Assembly (NCBI GenBank): GCA_048595045.1
Contig: JBMDXS010000075.1
Location: 355-64,354 of the forward strand
DNA length: 64,000 nucleotides
Direction of reading: 5' to 3'
Source: Acidimicrobiia bacterium
GTDB taxonomy: Bacteria; Actinomycetota; Acidimicrobiia; Spongiisociales; ZC4RG35
The notes under the pieces were generated by a model that was given only the letters and a program-made list of their open reading frames with translations, had not been told where the DNA came from and searched no databases. A program made the position numbers and the translations under genes. Numbering within the stretch: position 1 is the stretch's first letter; every line of letters begins with the position of its first letter. Positions 40,598 through 48,867 of the stretch are shown here, in pieces.

Positions 40598-40720
40598 AGG
40601 GCGACTCGGACAGGTTAACGGTTGACCGATTCGAACCCGCTCCGGCAGGATTTCATTCTGTGCGGGCTCGCCCGCCACAAGCGCGGTAGATCCGCACAGA
40701 ACACTGGAGGAGCCGTCTTG

Positions 40721-40749
40721 TTGACCCCTTGATCCATAGTAAGTATTTT
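40721..40749 (+). promoter_or_regulatory. candidate sigma-70-type promoter of the ABC operon
   Basis: TTGACC, a 17-nt spacer, then TATTTT, in a locally AT-rich stretch about 70 nt upstream of the SBP start. Confidence 0.3.
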
Positions 40750-40819
40750 GCATTGTGCAGGACAGACAGCTGATCTGTTGCTTGGTGCGGGACCAGGCTC
40801 ATCAACGGAGGAGAGAAAC

Positions 40820-42136
40820 ATGACCGTCAAATCGAGTCGACGATCGCTCGCGATCGTCCTCGTGCTGGGCATGGTGATGGCAGCATGTGCCAGCGAAGAA
40901 GGTGACACCAGCACCACGGCCGCTGGCGATGGCGGGACGACCGCCGCCGGTGGCGAGGGCGGCGACGCCCTCCAAGTGTGGGTCACCCGGGAGTACTACA
41001 TCCCGCCGGACAATTTCGAGAGCTTCACCGCCGAGACCGGGGTGGAGGTCGAGTCGAATCTCCAGGCCAACGACGACATCTTCCAGCAATTCCAGAGGAT
41101 GGCGGACGCAGGTCAGCCTCTGCCCGACATCCTGGGCGCCGAGGACGCCTTCATGATCGAGCAATACGTCGCCGCCGGCTTCATCGAATCACATGACGAG
41201 ATCGCGGCGGCCTGGGAGGCCGAGGACCCCGATCAGTACGCAACGCTGCTTCCGTTGGTCTGGGACGAGACCGCGATCGACGGTATGAAGACCGCCATGT
41301 CGGTCACCGCCAACTTCGACATCCTCTACTACAACACCCCATGGTTCGAGGAGGCAGGGGTGACCGTCCCGTTCGATTCGCTCGATGCCGTCCTCGAAGG
41401 GATGCGGGCGATGAAGGCGGCCCGACCCGACGGCATCCCGTTGACGGTGCAGGCCCGGGCGGGTGATGGTGTCACGACACTCAAGACGGTCCTCGCCGCG
41501 GCCGGGACTCCGTTCGACGGCCCGATCCCCGACCTGGAGTCTCCCGGTGGCATCTACACCATCAACTGGTTCCTCCAGGCCGCAGCCGAAGAGCTGCTGC
41601 CACCCGAAGCGATCTCCTGGGGTGAGGACGAGGCCCGAGGGGCCTTCATCTCCGGTGACGCCGGCCTCATCCTCGACGGCTTCACTACCGCGGGTGACTT
41701 CAACGAGGTAGGCGATTTCACCTATCCCGATGTGTGGAACCTGACACCGGTCCCGCTGTCGGAGGGTGGGGTCGCATTGAACGCAGCCCGAAGCTGGGCG
41801 GTCCTCGCGGGAAGCGACCAGCCGGAGGAGGCGGCGCTGATCCTCCGCTACATCGCCGAGACCGACAACCTGGTGGAGGCGGCCGGCAATGGGTCGGTTC
41901 CGATGCGTCAGACCGAGGCGATCAACGACCCGCGGCTGCAGGAGATCTGGCCTTTTTTCACCGAGGAGGTGAAGGAGGCATATCAGAACAGCTCTCCAAC
42001 GCCTGTCGGCGAGAACGCCGGCGACGTGGAGGCGATCCTCGAGCAGATGTTCGGCGAGATCGTCGTGGGGACCGACAAGTCTGCCGAGGACCTGGCGACC
42101 GAGTACCAGCCACAGTTGGACGAGACGGCGCCCTGA
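40820..42136 (+). CDS. ABC transporter sugar-binding lipoprotein (solute-binding family 1)
   Basis: Start at ATG 40820 (MTVKSSRRSLAIVLVLGMVMAACAS), a lipobox signal peptide. The longest ORF starts at 40748. Confidence 0.85.
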   Translation: MTVKSSRRSLAIVLVLGMVMAACASEEGDTSTTAAGDGGTTAAGGEGGDALQVWVTREYYIPPDNFESFTAETGVEVESNLQANDDIFQQFQRMADAGQPLPDILGAEDAFMIEQYVAAGFIESHDEIAAAWEAEDPDQYATLLPLVWDETAIDGMKTAMSVTANFDILYYNTPWFEEAGVTVPFDSLDAVLEGMRAMKAARPDGIPLTVQARAGDGVTTLKTVLAAAGTPFDGPIPDLESPGGIYTINWFLQAAAEELLPPEAISWGEDEARGAFISGDAGLILDGFTTAGDFNEVGDFTYPDVWNLTPVPLSEGGVALNAARSWAVLAGSDQPEEAALILRYIAETDNLVEAAGNGSVPMRQTEAINDPRLQEIWPFFTEEVKEAYQNSSPTPVGENAGDVEAILEQMFGEIVVGTDKSAEDLATEYQPQLDETAP

Positions 42137-42154
42137 CAACCAGTCGTGGGATCA

Positions 42155-42189
42155 CACACCCGCGCTCACCGATGGTGGGTGCGGGTGTG
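42155..42189 (+). promoter_or_regulatory. intercistronic 16-bp stem-loop after the SBP gene
   Basis: CACACCCGCGCTCACC-GAT-GGTGGGTGCGGGTGTG gives 14 Watson-Crick pairs plus 2 G-U pairs with a 3-nt loop. Confidence 0.5.
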
Positions 42190-42222
42190 CCACGCTTCAG
42201 CTCGCGACATGAGGGCGTGTAG

Positions 42223-43182
42223 GTGACGGCTAACACCATCACCAGGCCGAGACGATGGCTCCGCCGACCGGACAACGGAGGTAAGGGCGGTGGGCGTGAC
42301 AACAACGCCCTGATCGGGCAGAGCAAGGCGACGCCCTACCTGTTCAGCCTGCCGGCCATCCTTCTCGTCGCCGCCATCCTCGGCTTTCCCGTCCTGTACG
42401 GGACCTGGCAGAGCTTGTATCGGGCTCCGAGCCTCGCCGAAGACGAGGTGTTCGTCGGTTTCGAGAACTACGTCGACATGTTCTCGGGCCCGGACTTCTG
42501 GCACGCCCTCAACCGCACTGCGATCTTCGTGTTCGGCTCCCTCATCCTCGGGACCGTGCTCGGTCTCTTCTTCGCCTTCGCCCTGTTCCGGGTCGTCGGT
42601 CGGCTCCGCTTCCTACGCGCAGTGACGGTCGCCCCCTACATCATCTCCAACGTCGCGGCGGCGGTGATGTTCCGTCTTCTCTTCAACAGCCAGTTCGGGA
42701 TGGTCAACCAGGTGATCGAGTTCCTCGGCTTCGAGGATCTCGGCTGGCTGAGTGATCCCGGTCTCGCCATGTTCGTGGTGATCGTGGCCCAGGTCTGGAC
42801 CGATCTCCCACTCACCATCCTCGTGCTGCTCGGCGGTCTGATGACGGTCGACAAGTCGTACATGGATGCAGCCCTGGTCGACGGCGCCACCGGCTGGACA
42901 CGGGCCCGGTCGATCGTCATCCCGCTTCTCACCCCACAGCTCGTGATCAGCACGGTCTGGCTCAGCTACTCCACCCTGACCGGTCTCGGAGTCGTCCTGG
43001 CGATGACCGGTGGTGGGCCGCTGAAGGCGACTCAGACCCTGCCGATGGAGATGTACACCGTCGCCTTTCGCGAGCTCGAGTTCAACCGGGCTCTCGCCAT
43101 CGCCACCTTCATCTTGATCTTGAACGCCGTGCTCACCCTGGTGTACGTGGGGGTGGCCCGACGCTACGAGTACGAGCAATGA
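42223..43182 (+). CDS. ABC sugar transporter permease (MalF/BPD_transp_1 type)
   Basis: 319 aa with 6 TM segments and an EAA-like loop (DAALVDGATGWTRARSIVIPL). Confidence 0.88.
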   Translation: MTANTITRPRRWLRRPDNGGKGGGRDNNALIGQSKATPYLFSLPAILLVAAILGFPVLYGTWQSLYRAPSLAEDEVFVGFENYVDMFSGPDFWHALNRTAIFVFGSLILGTVLGLFFAFALFRVVGRLRFLRAVTVAPYIISNVAAAVMFRLLFNSQFGMVNQVIEFLGFEDLGWLSDPGLAMFVVIVAQVWTDLPLTILVLLGGLMTVDKSYMDAALVDGATGWTRARSIVIPLLTPQLVISTVWLSYSTLTGLGVVLAMTGGGPLKATQTLPMEMYTVAFRELEFNRALAIATFILILNAVLTLVYVGVARRYEYEQ

Positions 43183-44114
43183 CAGTGCCCCGGCGACCGA
43201 ACGAGCCCCCACTCGCCACCGAGACCGCGGCGGCGGCGGGAGCGGTTACGGGGTCCACCCCGGAGAAGCGGGAGCCCGCCGGCAACCGACTGGGTCGGGC
43301 ACTGCGACCGATCCTCCTGGCGACTCCCCTGGTCCTGCTGGTGGCGTGGACCGTCGTGCCCTTCCTCGTCACGACGTCGGTCAGCTTCAAGGAGAAGGGC
43401 GAGGTCTTCTCAGCACCGAGCCTGATCCCGCAGACCCCCACGCTGGCGGCCTACCAGGAGGTCCTCTCCAGCGAGAGCTTCACCTCCTCGTTCGTAAACA
43501 GCGTCGTCGTCGGCGTCGGCACCACGGTCCTGACCCTCCTCATCGGGGTCCCGGCCGCCTATGCGTTCGCCCGATTCCGGTTCCGAGGCCGTCATCTGCT
43601 CTTGCTGTTCACCTTGCTCCCCCGTCTTGTGCCCAGTCTCGGCATCATGGTCCCGATCTACCGCCTGGCGGTGGCTGCCGGCGCCCTGGACAAGCGCACC
43701 ACCCTCATCATCGTGTACACCGGGATGCTGCTTCCCCTGGCCGTCTGGCTCATGGTCGGCTTCTTCCAGCAGATCCCACGCGACATCGAGGAAGCAGCCA
43801 ACGTCGACGGTGCGACGTTGTGGACGAGGCTCCGCTACATCGTGGCACCGCTGGCCGCGCCGGCCATGATCACGATCGGGGTGCTCGCCTTCCGGGAGGC
43901 CTGGAACGAGTTCACCCTCGTCCTCGTGCTCACCAGCACCCCCGGCAAGAGAACCCTGCCCTACGAGTTGTATCTGATGCAAGGGATCGAGGGTCTGGCC
44001 AACTTCCCTGCCGAGGCGGCGTTCACCATCCTCACCGTGCTTCCCTTCATCCTCGTCTACACCCGGGTCGAGCGATATGTGGTGGCCGGCCTGGTGTCCG
44101 GCTCGGGCAAGTAG
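43179..44114 (+). CDS. ABC sugar transporter permease (MalG type)
   Basis: 311 aa with EAA loop EEAANVDGATLWTRLRYIVAPL. ATGA overlap with the upstream permease. Confidence 0.88.
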   Translation: MTVPRRPNEPPLATETAAAAGAVTGSTPEKREPAGNRLGRALRPILLATPLVLLVAWTVVPFLVTTSVSFKEKGEVFSAPSLIPQTPTLAAYQEVLSSESFTSSFVNSVVVGVGTTVLTLLIGVPAAYAFARFRFRGRHLLLLFTLLPRLVPSLGIMVPIYRLAVAAGALDKRTTLIIVYTGMLLPLAVWLMVGFFQQIPRDIEEAANVDGATLWTRLRYIVAPLAAPAMITIGVLAFREAWNEFTLVLVLTSTPGKRTLPYELYLMQGIEGLANFPAEAAFTILTVLPFILVYTRVERYVVAGLVSGSGK

Positions 44115-44133
44115 GGAGGGAGGTCAGCGGGCA

Positions 44134-45069
44134 GTGAGCAGGGTCCTCGTCTCGGAGTACCTGCCCGAGGAGCATCTCGACCGGCTCCGAGCACGACATG
44201 AGGTCGTGTACGACCCGGATCTGTGCACCGACCGGCCCCGACTCCTGACGGAGGTAGCCGACGTCGATGCCATCTTCACCCGCAATCGCACCCGCGTCGA
44301 CGAAGAGCTCATCGGCGCGGCCGTCCGTCTACGTGTGGTGGGACGGCTCGGCGTGGGCCTGGACAACATCGACATGGCCGGCTGTGAGACGGCGGGAATA
44401 CGGGTGATCCCGGCTCACGGTGCCAACGCAGTTTCGGTCGCGGAGTATGTGATCGGGGCGATGTTCGTGCTCGTGCGCGGGGTCTACGGGATGACTCCCT
44501 CGATGCTCGCCGGGGAATGGCCGCGCCAGGGCCACGCCTTCGGCCGCGAGCTGAGCGGCCAGACGCTGGGTCTGATCGGGTTCGGGTCGATCGCCAGACA
44601 CGTGGCGACCCGGGCCGCGGGCCTGGGGATGGTGATCGTCGCCCACGACCCGTTGCTCCCCGAAGCCGACCCGGCGTGGGCATCGGTGCGACGTGTCGAC
44701 TTCGACGAGGTCCTGGCCGCCTCCGACGTGGTGAGCCTCCATGTCCCCCTCGATGCGGGGACCAGAGATCTCATCGACGCAGAGGCGCTGGCCCGGATGA
44801 AGCCGACCGCCATCCTCATCAACACCTCGCGTGGTGGGACGGTCGACGAGGCCGCACTGGCCGCAGCGCTTCGCAGTGGGGCCCTGGGCGGGGCGGCCCT
44901 CGACGTGTACGCCACCGAGCCCCTCGGGCCGGAGGCGGCGTCGGTCTTCGCCGGGACACCCAACCTGCTACTCACCCCTCACGTGGCCGGGAACGCCCGG
45001 GAGGCAGTGGACAGGGTGGCGACGATGATCGTCGAGGCGGTCCTGGCCGAGCTCGAGAGGACGCCCTGA
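44134..45069 (+). CDS. D-isomer-specific 2-hydroxyacid dehydrogenase (PGDH-like)
   Basis: GTG 44134 follows GGGAGGGAGG. NAD fold GLIGFGSIARHVA and SLHVPL...TSRGG. Confidence 0.85.
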   Translation: MSRVLVSEYLPEEHLDRLRARHEVVYDPDLCTDRPRLLTEVADVDAIFTRNRTRVDEELIGAAVRLRVVGRLGVGLDNIDMAGCETAGIRVIPAHGANAVSVAEYVIGAMFVLVRGVYGMTPSMLAGEWPRQGHAFGRELSGQTLGLIGFGSIARHVATRAAGLGMVIVAHDPLLPEADPAWASVRRVDFDEVLAASDVVSLHVPLDAGTRDLIDAEALARMKPTAILINTSRGGTVDEAALAAALRSGALGGAALDVYATEPLGPEAASVFAGTPNLLLTPHVAGNAREAVDRVATMIVEAVLAELERTP

Positions 45070-45074
45070 GGGGA

Positions 45075-46295
45075 TCAGACCAGTAGCCGCTCCTCGTATT
45101 CGACCCTGGACAGCAGATGGGGGTCTCCTTCGGTGATGAGCACCATGTCCTCGAGCCTGACTCCGCCCCCGCCCCGCACATTTGGCACCCAGACCAGGGG
45201 CTCCACCGCGAACACCATGTTGGGCTGGAACTCATAGGTGGTAGCCCCGGGCAGGGTCTCCCCTATGTACGGCGGCTCGTTGGCCCCCATCCCGATCCCG
45301 TGCCCGATGAAGAGGCTGAATAGATGGTCGTCGAGCCCGTGCTCGGCGATCTTGGCGATGATGGCGTCGGCACAGTCCTGGTTGGTGTTTCCGGGCCTCA
45401 TCTTGGCCAGGCCCGCCATCAGCCCTTCATAGACCGCGGTGTAGATCTCCTGCTGCTCCTTCGAGGGCTTGCCCACGATGGTGGTTCGTCCGATGTCGGC
45501 GAAATAGCCGTTCCACATCGCGCCGATGTCGATGAAGCAGAGGTCCTGGTTGCGGATGATCTTGTCCGTGGCCAGCCGGTGCGGCGGCGACATGTGCTCA
45601 CCGGTCGCCACGAATGGGGTGATGACATGAGCCATCTCTCCCCCGAGCTGGAACAGGGTCTGCATCGCGTCGGCAGCGACGTCGAGCTCACGACGCCCGG
45701 CCCTGGTCTCGTCGAGGGCGCGCTGGGTGACCGAGTCCCCAATGGCGCATGCCTCCTCGATCACGGCGATCTCGAGGTCTGTTTTGATCCAGCGAGCCTG
45801 CTGCATGACGGTGTCCCCGTCGACGAGCTCGAGATCGGGCAGATGGGAGCGCATCGAGTCGATGAATGAGATGTTGGCCTGGTCCACCGCCAGCCTCCCA
45901 CTTCCGAGCCCTCTCGTCTGAAGCAGCGGTATCAGGATGTCCTTGACGAACCCGTCGACCAGCTCACGCTGCTCCATGATCGGGACAGCGTGGGCCTCGC
46001 CGATCCAACTCATGCCGAAACGGGCCTTGTCGATCTCCCCACCCGACCCCAGTAACACCGGGCCGTCGTCGGCAGTGAGAAGTGCCCCGTTCAGCGATGT
46101 GGTCTTTCCGGCTATGAGCTGCGCCCGCAGCGAGGTCAGATAACGGACGTTTTCGTCCTTCCAGACCAGCACGGCATCGGCATCGGATCCGGCCAGGGCC
46201 TCATGGGCCTTTCCCACCCTTTGCCGGCGGAGTTCGGCGAAGTCGTAACGATCCTCCCAATCGACGGCGAATGGCCCTTTGGCATATCCGGAGAT
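45075..46295 (-). CDS. M24-family metallohydrolase (creatinase/Xaa-Pro peptidase fold)
   Basis: All five canonical metal ligands are present (FIDIG, ADIGRT, GHGIG, AVEP, RLED). The 5' end is uncertain: ATC 46295 sits behind a perfect AGGAGG, versus GTG 46367. See findings. Confidence 0.8.
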   Translation of the reverse strand: MSGYAKGPFAVDWEDRYDFAELRRQRVGKAHEALAGSDADAVLVWKDENVRYLTSLRAQLIAGKTTSLNGALLTADDGPVLLGSGGEIDKARFGMSWIGEAHAVPIMEQRELVDGFVKDILIPLLQTRGLGSGRLAVDQANISFIDSMRSHLPDLELVDGDTVMQQARWIKTDLEIAVIEEACAIGDSVTQRALDETRAGRRELDVAADAMQTLFQLGGEMAHVITPFVATGEHMSPPHRLATDKIIRNQDLCFIDIGAMWNGYFADIGRTTIVGKPSKEQQEIYTAVYEGLMAGLAKMRPGNTNQDCADAIIAKIAEHGLDDHLFSLFIGHGIGMGANEPPYIGETLPGATTYEFQPNMVFAVEPLVWVPNVRGGGGVRLEDMVLITEGDPHLLSRVEYEERLLV

Positions 46296-46340
46296 CGCTC
46301 TACCTCCTGTTCTCGGGATGGAATCCGGCCCCAGCGGATC

Positions 46341-46374
46341 CCACGTTCTATATTCGGTATAGTACACGACGTGG
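46341..46374. promoter_or_regulatory. nested inverted repeats in the M24/GntR divergent region (candidate operator)
   Basis: CCACGT...ACGTGG encloses the AT-rich TCTATA-TTCGG-TATAGT. Confidence 0.35.
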
Positions 46375-46412
46375 AGGACCGGCTCCGCCTCGATGTATCG
46401 CGCTCTCGCCGG

Positions 46413-47045
46413 GTGACGGCGGTCGATCTGGTCCGTGACGCCCTGAGATCGGCCATCCTGCGAGGTGACCTGCCCGGCGGATCGCGTCTGGTCCAGACCG
46501 AGATCGCCAGCCAGTTGGATGTGAGCACCACCCCGGTGCGTGAGGCGATGCGCGACCTGGCCAGTGAGGGGCTGATCACACTCGACAGTCATCGCATCGG
46601 GACAGTGCGCAAGCCCGATTGGGACGAGATGGTTGAGATCGTGGAGATGCGCCGGGCCCTCGAGGGTCTGGCCATCCAGAGGGCGATGGCCGGCATAACA
46701 GCCGACGAAATCGCCGAGGCCAAGGAGATAGCCACGGACCTCTCCCAGGAAGAGGACCTCGGATCATGGGTCCAGGCCAATATCCGGTTCCACTCCATCT
46801 TCCATCGCGCCACCCGGGCACGGCGTCTGGCGGGTGTGCTCCTCGCCCTCGAAGAGGCGGGCGGGGTGTTCGTGGCGCAGGCTCAGCAGCTTCACCCCGA
46901 GATCCGGCGGCGGGCGGTCGCCGATCATTTCGCCCTCCTCGACGCCTTCACCGCCGGCGACGCCGATCGGGCGCTCCAGATCCAGAGCGGGCATGTCAAC
47001 CTTCCGCTGGAGGCGTTCGAGGCCGATACCGACCGACCGGGCTGA
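46413..47045 (+). CDS. GntR-family (FadR/FCD subfamily) transcriptional regulator
   Basis: Start at GTG 46413. wHTH LVQTEIASQLDVSTTPVREAMRDLASEGLI plus a helical FCD-like C-terminus. Confidence 0.85.
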   Translation: MTAVDLVRDALRSAILRGDLPGGSRLVQTEIASQLDVSTTPVREAMRDLASEGLITLDSHRIGTVRKPDWDEMVEIVEMRRALEGLAIQRAMAGITADEIAEAKEIATDLSQEEDLGSWVQANIRFHSIFHRATRARRLAGVLLALEEAGGVFVAQAQQLHPEIRRRAVADHFALLDAFTAGDADRALQIQSGHVNLPLEAFEADTDRPG

Positions 47046-47048
47046 GCA

Positions 47049-47822
47049 TCACCAAAGGAGCGAGTACACCTCCTTGGTGGCGGCGAGTCCTTCGGTCACC
47101 AGCTTCACGTCGTTCACCGGCGAGATGAGAGTGCAGCCCTTGTCGACCAGCATTGCTGCGTAAGCGGGATTGGGAGTGACCGCCCCCCACTGTTTGCCAT
47201 GGGCCGCGCAGGCGGCCGCGACCCGGTCTACCGCTTCGAGCGAGGCGGCGCCCATGAAGTCACCGATGGTGCCAACCGCCTGGCTCAGATCCGATGGGCC
47301 AACGAAGAGAAGGTCGACACCGTCCACCGAGGCTATTTCGTCGACCTCCTCTACGGCCCGGGCGGTCTCGATCTGAATGGCGACAAAGGTCTCACGATTG
47401 GCCCGCTCGGCGAACTCGGGCAAGGGCACCGTTCCGTAGGCCCCATCGAAGCCAAGTGGGTTGAGGCCCCGTCTTCCCCTCGGGGCGAACTTGGCCCATT
47501 GCACGAACTCCTCCGCCTCGGCGGCCGATCTGATCTGAGCCGCCATCACCCCTATGGTGCCACTCTCGAAGCATCGGGTCACCGTTGCATAATCGGTGGG
47601 AGGCACCCGCACGAAACACTCGAGCTCGTGGGCCTGGCCGACGCCTGCAGCGATCTCGATGTCCGCAGTGGTGAGGCCACCATGCTCCACGTCGATCCAG
47701 AACCCGTCGAAGAGCCCGGTCATCCCCAGATAGCGGACGATGTTGTGGTGGAACATCCGCCCTACGGCGAAGACCACGAGTCTCTCCCCGTTCCGAAGAC
47801 GCTGTTTCATGGTTTCGGGCAT
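47049..47822 (-). CDS. HpcH/HpaI-family 2-keto-3-deoxy-acid aldolase
   Basis: Start at ATG 47822 (MPETMKQRL...). Family pattern WIDVEHG...RVP...QIE...FVGPSDLS. Confidence 0.82.
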   Translation of the reverse strand: MPETMKQRLRNGERLVVFAVGRMFHHNIVRYLGMTGLFDGFWIDVEHGGLTTADIEIAAGVGQAHELECFVRVPPTDYATVTRCFESGTIGVMAAQIRSAAEAEEFVQWAKFAPRGRRGLNPLGFDGAYGTVPLPEFAERANRETFVAIQIETARAVEEVDEIASVDGVDLLFVGPSDLSQAVGTIGDFMGAASLEAVDRVAAACAAHGKQWGAVTPNPAYAAMLVDKGCTLISPVNDVKLVTEGLAATKEVYSLLW

Positions 47823-47842
47823 CGCGCTCCTCGCCGGTTGGG

Positions 47843-47862
47843 TAGAATGCATAATGTAATAT
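47843..47862. promoter_or_regulatory. AT-rich block with several -10-like hexamers in a 49-bp divergent intergenic region
   Basis: TAGAATGCATAATGTAATAT contains TAGAAT, CATAAT and TAATAT. The last hexamer ends 9 nt before ATG 47872. Confidence 0.3.
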
Positions 47863-47871
47863 TCATGGGCG

Positions 47872-48867
47872 ATGGCGGTCATCGACATGCACGCCCATGT
47901 CACCCCCGAGCGCTACAAGAAGGCGATAAGGGAGCGGGGGGAATGGCACGGGCTCGACCATGTGGCCGGCGAGCTCGGTCTGGGCGGCTTCGACAAGGGT
48001 GTCGAGGCCCGTCTCGCCGAGATGGACACCCTTGGCGTCGACATGCAGCTCGTCACGCCAACCGTCGGCTTCTACCAGTACGGCAACGAGGTCGGGGTGA
48101 CCCGACGCATCGCCAAGGAGTGCAACGACGAGATCAGGGAGATGATGGATGCCCATCCGGACCGGTTCGCCGGGCTGGCCACCCTTCCCATGCAGGACCC
48201 GGCCAGCGCGGTCGCCGAGATGGAGCGGGCCATGGGGGACCTCGGGTTCCGCGGGGTCATCGTCAGCGACCACGTCGCCGGGCGCACCTACGACGAGCCC
48301 GAGTTCCTTCCCTTCTTCGCCGCGGCTGAGGAGCTTGGCGCCCTCGTCTTCTTCCATCAGGGCGGCGACACCGTGGTCAACCATCGGATCCGGCGCTACA
48401 AGCTGGGAAATGCGGTGGGCAACCTCACCGAGCGCACCCTCGTCTACGCCACCCTGGTCTTCGGTGGGATCCTCGACCGCTTCCCCGGTCTTCAGCCCTA
48501 CCTGGCCCACGGCGGGGGGTACACCGCCTTCGGCATTGCCCGCATGGACAAGGTGGCGGGAGCGCTCGAGGGCGTGTCGGGCAGCGGTCTCATCCCGCCC
48601 TTCGGTCAGGATGATGGATTCGCACAGGCTCTGCCCCCGAGCGACTACCTGGGACGATTCATCTACGACTGCTGCACCTACAGCGGGCCGGCGCTCCGAT
48701 ACCTGATCGACACCGTTGGCATCGAGCGGGTCGTCCTCGGCACCGACTACCCGGCTCCGATGCAGCTCCAGGATGCCGTCAATTGGGTGAAGGCCCTCCC
48801 CGAGCTCTGTGAGAGCGAGAAGACGGCAATCCTCAGCGCCAACCCGGGAAGGATCCTTGGAAGGTGA
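47872..48867 (+). CDS. amidohydrolase_2-family enzyme (lactonase/decarboxylase/hydratase type)
   Basis: 331 aa with N-terminal metal motif IDMHAHV and a C-terminal LGTDYP-type motif. Confidence 0.8.
   Translation: MAVIDMHAHVTPERYKKAIRERGEWHGLDHVAGELGLGGFDKGVEARLAEMDTLGVDMQLVTPTVGFYQYGNEVGVTRRIAKECNDEIREMMDAHPDRFAGLATLPMQDPASAVAEMERAMGDLGFRGVIVSDHVAGRTYDEPEFLPFFAAAEELGALVFFHQGGDTVVNHRIRRYKLGNAVGNLTERTLVYATLVFGGILDRFPGLQPYLAHGGGYTAFGIARMDKVAGALEGVSGSGLIPPFGQDDGFAQALPPSDYLGRFIYDCCTYSGPALRYLIDTVGIERVVLGTDYPAPMQLQDAVNWVKALPELCESEKTAILSANPGRILGR

Noticed and set aside
40627-40641. A GGTTCGAAT T-loop-like sequence (minus strand) next to tRNA-Gln, suggesting a second tRNA, a tRNA remnant or an att-site scar.
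   Set aside because: I could not fold a cloverleaf. The 3' side of the would-be T stem and the acceptor stem are not complementary, and there is no usable anticodon arm. Identity to tRNA-Gln is only about 12 nt.
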